Under the pieces are notes generated by a model that saw only the letters and a list, made by a program, of their open reading frames with translations, did no database searches and was not told where the DNA came from. The translations under genes were made by a program, and so were the position numbers. Shown here in pieces: positions 13,301 to 25,515 of a stretch of 62,860 nucleotides of DNA (the first letter of the stretch is position 1; every line of letters starts with the position of its first letter). Source of the DNA: Geosiphon pyriformis uo1. Its lineage: Eukaryota > Fungi > Glomeromycota. The DNA lies in NCBI GenBank assembly GCA_016748015.1, contig JAAOMT010000424.1, positions 19,384-82,243 on the forward strand, in the 5' to 3' direction.

Positions 13301-15150
13301 AAATTTTTAGAATTATTTAAGTTTCTTGATAACTTTAGAAATTACTTATTAACAACATTCTACTAGCAATTATTACTGAAAATAAGTTACTTGCTATTAT
13401 ATTCTTATTTGAGTTGAAAAACTAATTAAAAACTTTGTTGTTTAGTGAACTTATTCTAAACACCAAATTTATTATAATCATATACACAAATACCAAAGTA
13501 ATAGACAATTTATTAAACTTATTCTTAATAACAGATTAAAAAACAACATTATTACATAACAATTTATGGATTAATTAGATTACTGAATTGATAAAACTAT
13601 TAATCTTAGAATTATTATTATTAATAGAATAATAAAGACTTTTATTGGCAAAATTAATAATTTTTTTTTTAAAATCAATGGTTTTATCATATCAATTAAG
13701 ATAATAGTAATGAAAGTTACACAGTATCAAGCTTTTATTGATAATAATTGGCTGTTCAAAACCAATATTATACTTAATTAGAACATTTAAAAACTCTAAT
13801 TAATATTTGGTAATTAATATATTTGAATATTTGCCACTTGCAGATACTTTAAAGTTTTTTTAAGAAAGCAATCATTGATTAAGCTAAAAAAAAGAAAGAG
13901 AAACCTATCTGAAAAGCCTATTAAGTTTTATAAACTAAAGATAAATACAATAAACTATCATTAATACTCTTCTAAAAAGAAAATAAAAATAAAAAAGAAA
14001 ATAAAAAAAACAAATCTTAAATTATCACTATTATAAAAAAATTAGTAAACAGTTAGAATATTTTATACTTAATATTAGTATCAAAAAAACACCTATTTTA
14101 TATTTCAATCAGGTGTATTTAATTATAATAAAAAGCTTTTATCCATGAAAGCTTAGATTTTGTCAAAAAAAATATGAAATCCATATCTGCTATTATTATA
14201 AAGCATGTTACTAAAAATGTTTTGAATACCTAAAATAACAGAAAAAGTAGAACAATAAATTTTGTTTAGTCTGTGAAAAAACTTTACTAGATGAAGAAAT
14301 ATAGAACAATATTCTTGATTAAAAAAAATATACAATATATTATACCAATATATAATTCTTATTAGTAATTAAATAAGCAAAAAAACATTATTTAACACTA
14401 TATAAAACTGAATTTTTTTATGTTTGAATAGTTACTTACATGATAAAAACAAAATCTGGCAAATAACAAATGCCAAAATTAAATGTACTTTATTCAATAA
14501 AATATTAGTAATCAAAAACAATCCATCAAAATCTGTTAAAATTATTTTCATTCTAAATTTAGATATTTTTGTTGATATTATAAGCAACTTAAAACAATTT
14601 TATAAACATTACCAAAGTTTAACACTTACTTAAAAAAAGCAAAAACAGTATTTAAAACAATTAAATATTGTGATAATTATAACTTTATTTACAATTTACT
14701 ACTGTACATGATTTATTTAATCTTTGAAGAAAAAAAACCAATTAGCAATTGTACTTTTGAATCAAAATTAGAACTTAATCTTGATTTAAATTTCAATGAT
14801 AATAAGAATAATAGTTCTAATACTATTCATAATAGTTCTAATACTATTCATAATAACAATAATAATAACAATAATTTAAACTTTAATAAAAACTTCAAAC
14901 AATATATTACACTTTCAAATCTCTCAAGAAAACAAGAACTTAAATGGTTCAATAATAACAACAAAGATATTATACCAGAATGTACATATAATATTAATAC
15001 AGAGTTTAATTTTAAATATTCCAGAAAAATTGCTATCAGATTGGAATCTTATTTACATAATAGCATAAATTTAAAATTAATATTAAAAATTTCAGTAATA
15101 ACAATAATACAATTAGCATTTAAATCTAATTTAGCAAAAAAAATTAGATC
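10335..15150 (+). mobile_element. Gypsy D, 5' half: 5' LTR (10335-11197), decayed PBS, gag, protease, Cys-rich region, partial dUTPase
   Basis: TGTTAT start; PBS relic TTTAGTATTTCTTGTAAAA; Zn-knuckle relic ~12855; ORF 14708-15163 LKWFNNNNKDIIPE..INLKLILKI parallels the dUTPase of B. Confidence 0.75.
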
Positions 15151-15832
15151 AATTGTGTATTAATTTGGGTTTTTTGCTGTTTTTATATCTAAATAAGTAA
15201 TTTAGTTTAAAAAATTGTTATATATAATATTAAAAATATGAATAATTTAACTAAACAGAAAAACATTGTTTATTAATATTTGGAGTTTGATAATATAATT
15301 TTTGTTGTTACTAAAACTAAGTTAAAGTCTACTATTAAGTTATAAAATAAAGATAAGTTTAATAGTATTTAGATCTTTATATTAAATTTAGATAAGAGTT
15401 TTTTCAATATTAATATAGTTTTTATTATAAATTGTTTTTTGGTTTGACACATATTTACAATTAAAGAAGTTTTTAGCAGAATTATTTTAGTTTAATTTTT
15501 ATTTAAGCACAATTTTTTGGTTATAATTTTGGATTTATATGCTAATATATTAGCTAAGATAAAGTTTGATCAAGTTTTTAATATTAATTCTATTATCTTT
15601 AAGACAATAAGTTTTAGCTTTTTTGTGGCTTTAAATGAGAATTTTAATAAAAATAGTTTTAATAAAAAGAATACAAACTTTAAAAAAATATTTAGATATA
15701 AATTTAGTTAATTTATTAAATGATTATTTTTTAGTTAAGGCTTTTATCAAAAACAATCTCAAAAAAGTCAAAAAATTATTGATTATATTTTTATGAATAA
15801 GAGTTTGTTATTAATAGTTGTAAATTATAGAA
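15150..15832 (+). mobile_element. Old LINE: end of ORF1 and APE endonuclease relic
   Basis: Collinear with 35360-36040 (IDYIFMNKSLL ~ INYMFVSSNLV); resumes at ~40192. Confidence 0.7.
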
Positions 15833-16210
15833 ATTTTGGTAAAAATTTTTTTTTTCTTTGTTTTAAATTCCCAAAAAAAGTCAAAAAAGTTTTTTGAAAG
15901 AAGTTTTTTATCATTTAGTATAATAAATTAAAACCATTTTTACTCGATTATGAGGCTGTTATTGGCTTTTATGTTGCTGCCATAATGAAAACTACTAAAA
16001 ATTCTGGTTTTGGTAGTGGTTTAAAGTCTGTGCTGTCAAGAAAAAAAAAAGAAGTGGTGTTCTAGTGAATAATATCAAAACTAAGAATGTTTCTAATAAA
16101 ATAATGAGTGGTTATTTTTGGAGTTCTGAAACTGGTAATACTATAGAATCTGAGAGTGTTGATATAGAAGAAAAGTATCTGATTGAGAAAACCAGTTTTA
16201 ATTATAGTAG

Positions 16211-16936
16211 TGTTATGGTTGAAATACATAGTTTTTATTAATTATCACATGTATTAGCCAATAATGTCATATAATTAGCCACCCTATTTTTAGATAATAA
16301 TCATTGACCTGATCAATGACCTGACTGTTGACCTGATCATTGACCTGATCATTGACCTAATCATTGACTTGATTGTTGACCTGATCATTGACCTGATTGT
16401 TGACCTGGTCGTTGACCACTTTAGACAGCTATATAAGCGATGATTCTCTCAGCTGTAGAAAGACATGATCAAAGTAATGAAATAAACAATATTAATTACT
16501 CCCTCTCATAATCGCTTATTCCCCTTTCCTTACCTTCAAGTATCTACTTGTTGGCATTCACATATCTTATCTTTTCCTCTTCTTGATTTGTATTTGTTAG
16601 AATTAGCCTGAGAAGCAATTGGCTTGCTCTTGTAATTCATTGAATAAAGAAACGATTGAAAAGTACAATGATATCTGTTATTAATTCTAAGAATTGCTGA
16701 GTTGAGGCATAGAATAATAGCAGTAGTGTTATCTTGTTGACAATCACGGACTATTTTTTTACCTTCAGATTTAAGAAAAGATTAGCAACTGTGATTTTTA
16801 TGAGACTGATCATGCACATTGAATTCCTACTTATTCAATTTGCTCCCTTATTGTAATTCCCTCTTTGTTTATTTCCATCACCATACAATACTGTTCTCCC
16901 TTGCTATCCGTTAGCTTGTTATTCCAACCTGTAACA
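16211..16936 (+). repeat. 5' LTR of A, with internal 12-bp TCATTGACCTGA tandem array
   Basis: Direct repeat of 23260-23985. Confidence 0.95.
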
Positions 16937-16942
16937 TAAAAG

Positions 16943-16959
16943 TGGTGCTCCCTGTGAGA
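16943..16959 (+). promoter_or_regulatory. Primer-binding site, possibly tRNA-Ile(UAU)
   Basis: TGGTGCTCCCTGTGAGA just after the LTR; resembles the complement of eukaryotic Ile-UAU 3' ends (TGGTGCTCCAGGTGAG); tRNA identity tentative. Confidence 0.7.
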
Positions 16960-16988
16960 TTGTCAAAATTCACTTATTCCCTTATTGT

Positions 16989-18539
16989 ATGGGTGATTAC
17001 TTATATCTGCCACAGCAATCAGAAGAATGCTTTGCAGCACACAACAGAAACGACCTAGATTTCATTAAACTTAATCCTCTGTCCTCCTGTTTGATCTGTT
17101 TCCCTCTTAAAGAACAATCCAGTAGACAATTCCAAGACTTTTGGAACTGGTTTCTGAACGAGCATTCAGCTGAAACCTACACAGCTTATACAACCTATTA
17201 TTTTGACCAAGCTTATTTTGAAAACGACTTTGAAGAAAGAAACAACAGTATCAATCAGTTCTTATATTTTGCAACTTTTGAACAACAGCACCCTGATTTC
17301 AAATATCTGAATCATCAAATCCACATTTGGATTGCTGCCCATCAAGCAACTGAAACTCCCTTTGAAACAGAAGAAGAAAGCTACCAAACTGCCCCTGTTT
17401 TTGATCTTTTATCAAACGAATCAGACTCGTCTACACAAACAATTATCCCTAAACCAATGGCTAATAACTTCATGCAAGCAAACATTCTGGCCGCCCTCCA
17501 AGGTATACAAACTGCTCTAGGGTGAAGAAACAACACCCCAATACCATTATTTAGAGGTAATGCACAAGATCCAATTGAATGATTGGATGACTTTGAAAGA
17601 GCTGCTACAGCCAATCAATATGATGATGAGTACAAGTTCCAAATTGTTGGTGGCTATCTTCAAGGATCCTCTGCTACCTGGTTCTCACAAGAAACAGATG
17701 TCAATGCCCAGCAAAGAATCATTAGATGGACACCAGCAAATGTGAGAGAAATCAGCACTTCTTTTACTACCCGGTTTGAAAACAAGTTCAGAATCCCAAT
17801 ATTAATATCAAAATGGCGTATGGAATTGGAAAAAAGAACCCAAGATTCCAGTGAAGTTGTAACCGAATACGCCAAAGCAATCAGAAAGTTAATCAAATGA
17901 GTAGACACTGGAAGAAATTGGACAGAAGAGCAGAAAATTCACTCTTTCACAAAAAGATTGAGAACTAATCTATCGTATGCTCTTTGGCTCCTCCTGGCCC
18001 TAAAAGATAATCCCACCATGGATATGGCCATTGAATTAGCACAAAGAATTGAAGACAACCAAAGGATGCACTTGGGATCTATACTACCAGTTTTTGCTCC
18101 TGTTTCTGTCATGGCTCCTGCCTCTCAAATGGCTGCTACTTCTTTTGCCATTCACACTCAAGATCCAAATGAACAGTTAATAGACAGACTCACAGCAAAT
18201 CTTGCTCGGTTATTAGAACTCTTAGCCCAAGCAGTCAGAGAAAATCAGCAACCACAAAGACCCAGATTTGAACCACGCTTCAATCAGCCCCAGCAACCAC
18301 CTTATCAAAGACAACAAAATTGTGACCCACCTGTATGCTATCACTGTGAATTAACTGGACACTTTTCAAGAGATTGCAACAATTCTCCACTGCCTTCACC
18401 AGTCCTCAGAAACAATGATGCTCAGAACAACAGGATCAACAACAACAATGTGCCCAACCAAAGACCCAATTATGCCAACATTAATTTCTTTGGAGAGTAT
18501 CTCCTAGTTGAAACCACTGTTTATCAGCCTTTAAACTAG
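16989..18539 (+). pseudogene. gag: gag of A (N-terminal extension, capsid, CCHC knuckle)
   Basis: One frame with nonsense stops; CYHCELTGHFSRDC. Confidence 0.9.
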
Positions 18540-18575
18540 AAGGCGCACCTCCAAAGGATGAGAGTGCAAGCCAAC
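18530..18575 (+). promoter_or_regulatory. -1 ribosomal frameshift signal (T TTA AAC plus downstream stem)
   Basis: Slippery heptamer immediately before the gag stop; -1 frame opens into pol; GCACCTC..GAGAGTGC stem; conserved at 44350. Confidence 0.8.
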
Positions 18576-21213
18576 CAGGAGAAAACCCCTTTTACGCTTT
18601 TAACTTAACTAATGATAACCATGACATAGATGAATTAGCAATCAACCCCTCTGAATCCATAAGAAAGAACAAGAAAGCCAAAGTTGATTTCGTTCTAGAC
18701 CCCAATAAAGCTTCTACATCAACTGCTGACAACAATGAGCCCCCAAAAGCCAAAGTTTTCAAGAACCCTCCAAAGTTGGAACCCCCAGAAATAGTACAAA
18801 AATCCGGTCCCTATTCTGTTGTCAAAGACCTTATGAAAACCCCAGCACATATAACCTTTGGCCAATTGATGACCCATTCACAATTCAGAAAAGATCTTTA
18901 CAAATCTCTGATTCCAAAGAAAAAGACACCCAAAACCAACAAACGTCCTTGCCAAACTGGACTTGCCAACAATAGCAATGTCACTTCTCTAATTTGTAAA
19001 GCCCAAGTGGCTGGCTACTTCATCAATTTGATCCTAGATAGTAAATCATCTGTTAGTGTTATTGCCAAATACTTTCTTGAAACAATTGGCAGAAAAATTG
19101 ATGAACCATCCACACAACCAATGACCAATATGCATGGTGATAAGAAAAAAGGGCTTGGCATAGCCAAAGCTATTCCTGTCTGCATCAATGGCATCAGCAT
19201 TGAAACTGATATGGAAGTGTCTGAAGCAAAAGAATACATCATCATTGTTGGCAATGAATGACTCAAGAAAGCAAAGGCTTTGCTTGATTATGAACTCTGT
19301 GAACTAATCATCAGATGTGGTGAGAAACCCATTATGGTTAAGTGTTGCCATTGGACAACTCCCCCAGTACCCAAGCAGAGCCCAGAAGAAAATAAATCAG
19401 ATGATGAAGAAAGTGAGAAAGAAGAAGAACAAGAAGAACAAGAAGAAACTGCTGAACTTGCCTATACCATCTTCACTAGCAATGGCAAACTACTGGATAA
19501 TGTCAAGGCAGATAAAGAAAGAATCATTGTCAATGGCAAGCTGATCTGCTGGCCTTATTATGACATGCTCAAAAGAACCTTTGACAGAAAGCCAGGCAAG
19601 AAAGCCAAATACAGTTATTGGTGGCATGGTCCTTGTGCCCGGTGCTGGTGTGACAAATCATTGTATTCTCCTAGCAATAAATGCATGTCCTGCCTGATCT
19701 ATTACAAAGATTGGGAACCAATCAGCTTGATACCCCGAGAAGAAATAAAAGAAGTCCAAAAGTTCTTTAAAAACGAACCACCTGAAATCCAATCACTGGT
19801 TGTAGAACAAAGAGAACCCTCTCCAGAAGAAAGAAAAGTAGATATTGAAAACCTGCTGGCTAAAAACAGCCCAGTTATCTCAAAAGAAGGTGAATCTCCT
19901 GGACGTACACATGTGATACAACACACCATCATCACCAGAAAAACTCGCCCCATCTATTTGAAGCCCTATTAATCTAACCAGCACAATGATGAGTTTATCA
20001 AAAAGGAAATAACCCGAATGAAAACCCTTGGATTCATACAGGAAACCAAGAGTGAATAGGCATTCCCAGTTGTAGTGGTATCCAAGAAAAAAGGAACCCT
20101 ACACTTTTGTGTTGACTATTGCCAATTAAATGCTATTACTGAAAGAGACATGTACCTACTTCCCAAGATTAATGCAATGCTAAACCAATTCCATGGTGCC
20201 ACTTTCTTCTCAACCATTGACTTAACTGCTGGATTCTGGCAAGTAGAGATGGATCCAGAAAGCAGAAAGAAAACTGCCTTCATCACCAAGTATGGTACCT
20301 ACGAATTCACAGTCATGCCTTTTGGTCTCACAAATGCTCTTCTCACATTTTAATGCTTAATAGACAAAGTATTTGAATCAGTAAAAGAAAACTTTGTTCT
20401 AGTCTACTTGGACGACATAATGGTATACTCAAAAATCTGGGATGAATACCTTGAACATTTGCAAAAGGTTTTTGATCTCCTTAGAAATGCTGGTCACAAG
20501 ATCAATCCAATCAAATCATTTTTTGAACGTCAATCCACCCAGTTTCTTGGCCATCTTATTACAAAAGATGGAATCTTCCCTGATCCAGCCAAAATTGAAA
20601 AAGTTCAAAACATTAGACAATCAATGAATGTTCATAAACTATGCTCTTTTCTTGGTTTGGCCTCTTATTATCGCAAGTTTGTCAAGGATTTCTCCAAAAT
20701 TGCTGCTCCTTTCAATCAGCTACTTAGAAAAAACATTAATTATCACTGGGACACTCATCAACAAAAAGTATTTGAAATTCTGAAGGAAAAACTGTTACAG
20801 AACCCATCCTTATACAACCTAATTTGGATCAACCTTTTATCCTCCACATTGATGCATCTGGCTATGGACTTGGTGCTGTTCTTTTCCAAAAAGATGAAGA
20901 TAACAGAGAACATGCCGTAGCATATGCCAGTAGAACTCTCACACCAGCAGAAAAGAACTACTTAGTCATTAAGCAAAAATGCTTAGCAGTAGTTTGGGCT
21001 ACTAGCTACTGAGACAAATATCTTAAGGGTGTAAAATTTTTGGTGGTAACAGATCACCAAGCTTTGGTTTGGCTACACAACAAAAAAAACCTAGAACATA
21101 AACAGATAACTCGCTGGATACTCCACTTGGACAAATTCAATTATGACATTCAATACCACAAAGAAGCTAATTATCAAAACGCCAACACTCTCTCCAGACT
21201 TACCATCCAGTGA
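18536..21213 (+). pseudogene. pol: pol of A: protease, Cys-rich insert, RT, RNase H
   Basis: LILDSKSS, FCVDYCQLN, MPFGLTNA, YLDD, IDASGYGLGAVL, TDHQAL. Confidence 0.92.
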
Positions 21214-21272
21214 TAGTAAAATCCTCTCAAACCAAACCAACTTAATTATTTGTAACTCCCCCACAAACAAAC

Positions 21273-22590
21273 ATGATAATGGACTTGAACAACTACTCTG
21301 CTTTAATGAAATTTTTGGGTAAAGAACAATATCCGCCGGACTATACTCGACAGCAAAGAGAACATTTGCGCAAACAATCAAATTTCTATTTGATTCGCCA
21401 GAACCAGTTATATAAAAGAAATAGAAAAGATTCTGACCGCCCCCAGAGAGTCATTAGATTTGAAGAAAGAGAAATTGTGATCTACAATATGCATACTGAT
21501 CTATTAACTGGACACTTTGGAAAAACAAAAACAATTCAAAAAACTTTAGCTTGCTATTATTGACCTATCTTGGGAAAAGACATTGCTGAATACATCAAAA
21601 TCTGTGATACCTGCCAAAGAAGAGGAAAACCCAATCGCAAAGAAGATATCCATCCAATCTCTGTTGGTCAACCATTTGATAGAATTGATATAGATGTTGT
21701 TGGACCTTTAACAGTAACTCCTAATGGCAACAGATACATTATTACAGCTACCAACTATCTTACAAAGTGGGTAGAAGCAAGAGCCACCCCAGATCAAACA
21801 GCAGTCTCAATTGCCAATTTCATTTATGAAGATATTATCTGTTGCCATGGCTGCCCCAAAGAACTTTTATCTGATAGAGGAAGAGCTTTTCTCAGTACAC
21901 TGGTTGAAGAACTTTGCAGAAAAATGGGAATACGTCATAAACTCTCTTCCTTTTATCACCCCCAAACAAATGGCCTAGTGGAACATTTCAATAGAACACT
22001 ATGTAAAACCCTAGCCAAAACCAGTGAAAAAACTAACCTATAGGACAAAGTATTGCCTTCAGCCTTGTTTGCTTATAGAACTGTGAATCATGACATAACA
22101 AGTTATGAACCCTTTTATTTGCTCTATGAACGAATGGCAACTCTACCAATAGAAATGGATATAGAAACAATATCTTTTAAAGAAATAACAATAGGAGATT
22201 ACAAGGACATTTTGTAAAGAAGACTTGATATCATTCTTAACTCATTAGTAGAAGCACGGATAATTGCCTTTGAAAAGATAAAACAGTTCCAAGAGAAGCT
22301 TAAAAAGAAAAAGACCTATAAAACACTTTCCTTAAGTGTTGGTGACTTAGTTTTGGAATACTGTTCAGACAGAGACAATGTCTATGGTAATAAATTCTCT
22401 AGCTGGTGGAAAGGACCCTTTATAGTCAACAAAGTTTTGAACAATGGTTCTTATATCTTACAAGATCAATATGGAACAATATTCAGTGATCACCCTGTTC
22501 ATGGCATGTGACTTAAAAAATATTACAAACAACCTGATTGGTTATCTGTTGTGGTAATACCGACCCAAATAATCAGCAAAAATTAGATAT
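21273..22590 (+). pseudogene. Integrase of A (HHCC, DDE, GPF)
   Basis: HTDLLTGHFG..CDTCQ, IDVVGP, LSDRG, YHPQTNGLVE, WKGPF. Confidence 0.92.
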
Positions 22591-22633
22591 AAATAAATAC
22601 ACTATTCCCAAAACAGAGGTATCTTCAATCGAC

Positions 22634-23280
22634 ATGAACAATTATTTCCTGGATCAAAACATTCAAAACGCTTTCTATACTCTCCATGAGTACTAGATCA
22701 AAAACTATCCAAATGCTACTCTGACTATTGGAAAACAAACCACTATAACAGACAATAGTAGAACTCACACTGTTATTAGACCAAAGAAAACAAATACCAG
22801 AAGAGAAAGAATTGGTAGCAAAATGGATAAATGCCTGCTGAAAAGCATAACAGCAGTGATACTTTTACCTTCCAGCACAATTGGAAAAACAATACAAAAA
22901 ATCTTGCCCATAAACAAAAATTTGTCATATGGAAAATAATTAGAACTCTATGGTTGTTTTGGTGAAATCATAGAAGACATAAAGCTCATGAAGAAAACAA
23001 CTTCAGAGATACAAGTGGAAATTTTGGGCATTATATGATTAGATGTCCCAAGAGTTTTGACTATTGCTAAAAGAGCCAGAACTCTAATACAAAGATTTAG
23101 TCTCTTGGATACAAAGCTTATTTCGCCTTAAGTACTATATACTCTATCCACAAAAGACTTCAACAAATTAATTAGTTTTGAGTTAGACAAAACCCTTCAC
23201 ATAAACTATCTCATAAATAGTTTGATTTCGTCGGAGCTCAATCTCTTTGGAGAGAATGATGTTACAGTTGAAACACATAG
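22634..23280 (+). pseudogene. Extra ORF3 of A, unknown function
   Basis: MNNYFLDQNIQNAFY... about 210 codons in one frame with a few stops, running into the 3' LTR; also present in C. Confidence 0.6.
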
Positions 23281-23985
23281 TTTTTATTAATTATCACATG
23301 TATTAGCCAATAATGTCATATAATTAGCCACCCTATTTTTAGATAGTGATTGTTGACCTGATCAATGACCTGACTATTGACCTGATCATTGACCTGATTA
23401 TTGACCTGATCATTGACCTGATCATTGACTTGATCATTGACCTGATTGTTGACCTGGTCGTTGACCACTTTAGACAGCTATATAAGCGATGATTCCCTCA
23501 GCTATAGAAAGACATGATCAAAGTAATGAAATAAACAATATTAATTACTTCCTCTTATAATCGCTTATTCCCCTTTCCTTACCTTCAAGTATCTACTTGT
23601 TGGCATTCACATACCTTATCTTTTCTCCTTCTTGATTTGTATTTGTTAGAATTAGCCTGAGAAGCAATTGGCTTGCTCTTGTAATTCATTGAATAAAGAA
23701 ACGATTGAAAAGTACAATGATACCTGTTATTAATTCTAAGAATTGCCGAGTTGAAGCATAGAATAATAGCAGCGGTGTTATCTTGTTGACAATCACAGAC
23801 TATTCCTCTATCTTCAGATTTAAGAAAAGATTAGCGACTGTGATTTTTATGAGACTGATCATGCACATTGAATTCCTACTTATTCAATTCGCTCCCTTAT
23901 TGTAATCCCCTCTTTATTTATTTCCATCATCATATAATACTGTTCTCCCTTGCTATCCATTAGCTTGTTATTCCAATCTGTAACA
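23260..23985 (+). repeat. 3' LTR of A
   Basis: Preceded by PPT GGAGAGAATGA. Confidence 0.95.
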
Positions 23986-25515
23986 GTAGTAGAGCCACTT
24001 TTAATGCAAAGATACAGACCAGACTTCAAAAAGCTCACATGTTAAAACCAAAAAAGCATTGAGAAAACCTCTAGGCAAGATAAATTTTCTGAATGATAGT
24101 AATAATAATGATATTCTGTTAAATATCTCTTTGAATCTCTCTCCTTCTGTGAAAATGCTGGTTAATATTCCAATTAAAAAATCATTTACTTTAGATATTG
24201 ATTTGGATAAGGTAGTTAAGAAATTCTCTCATGAAAAGCTGGTAACAGTAAGGAAGTTGTTTTCAAAAATCAATGATTTTGGAGAAGTCTTTACTTTCTC
24301 AAAATTTGCTAAGATTATTAAAGTAACATTTATTTCTGAATTAGGTATAGTGCAGACTTTTAAAAAAGCTAGAAATATGAAGATTATAGTAAACACCAAT
24401 CTTAAAAAATCTACTGGATTTTCAGATTAAACTGTAGTGTTAAAAAAAATCCCGATCAGTACTTTAGCTGAAACTGTATGAACTGCATTTCTGAATATGA
24501 TATTATTAAGTCAATCAAAATACAATTGGTGGTGTTACCAGACGAAATTAGAAATATTATTTAGCATGAAATTATCTTATAAATCCTATTATTAATTAGC
24601 ATATATTATTATTTCAAATTATCACTTATTACATTAGCAGAATGTCCGAAATTATCATTTAAATTAATAACCCAATTTGTACACAACACAAATGTAACCT
24701 AATTGCAATGATCAATCATGCAATATCCCGAACTATGTAACATTCAAAAGTTCGCCGAAATTTGTAAAAATTCGCTGAAATAATTGATAGTGCACCAAAA
24801 TATCTAATAGTTCACAGAAATAACTTGTAGTTTGCCGAAATGTATCTTTAGTTTAGTGAAATTGTAGAAAATAGCAAAGTTCAAGTTCATAGAATAGTGT
24901 TATAACAAGTTGTATAAAAGAAGAGCATCTTTTTTCGAGAAAATGTATTTTACTTTAGATTTATTACTTAAAACCATTCTTATGTACACAAAAAGAAATA
25001 AATATTAAATAAATTTGAAAAACCAAATTCTTTAATTATTGCACTTGGAAAATTCCCAAAATCCAACTAACATTTTGAAATTGATTAGCTACCAATTTCA
25101 GTAAACTGTTAGTGACTCCAGGCCTGGATAAAAAAACGTTTTCCTTGATAAAATCCTATTTCTTTTATATTTCTTTTATTTTTCTTTTCTTTTCTTATTA
25201 CAATTATTAGGGTAACCTACAGATGAGATTCCTGTAGAAGAGTTGACTTTCACAGCAAAGTAACTACACATTTTTAGTGAGCTTCCAGACAAGCAATTCC
25301 TGGAAAAGAGTTGACATTTACTACAACATAACTACATAAAGCAACTGGTATGGAATTGGCCATTCTACTCATAAGTCCAGCAAGTTTAAATTATAGAAGA
25401 TAATTTGAAGATAAATTCAGTTACTGGAGGTTCAACTACTTCCTGAAAACGTGAATTCACAGCAAACAGGCATCAACAACATTCAAGAAAGGAGACCAAA
25501 AACCTCCGGTAACAT

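Larger units (their letters stand above)
16211..23985 (+). mobile_element. Full-length Ty3/gypsy LTR retrotransposon A (inactivated)
   Basis: 726-bp TG..CA LTRs; TSD GTAG/GTAG; PBS; PPT; gag, protease (LILDS), RT (YLDD), RNase H, integrase. Confidence 0.97.
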
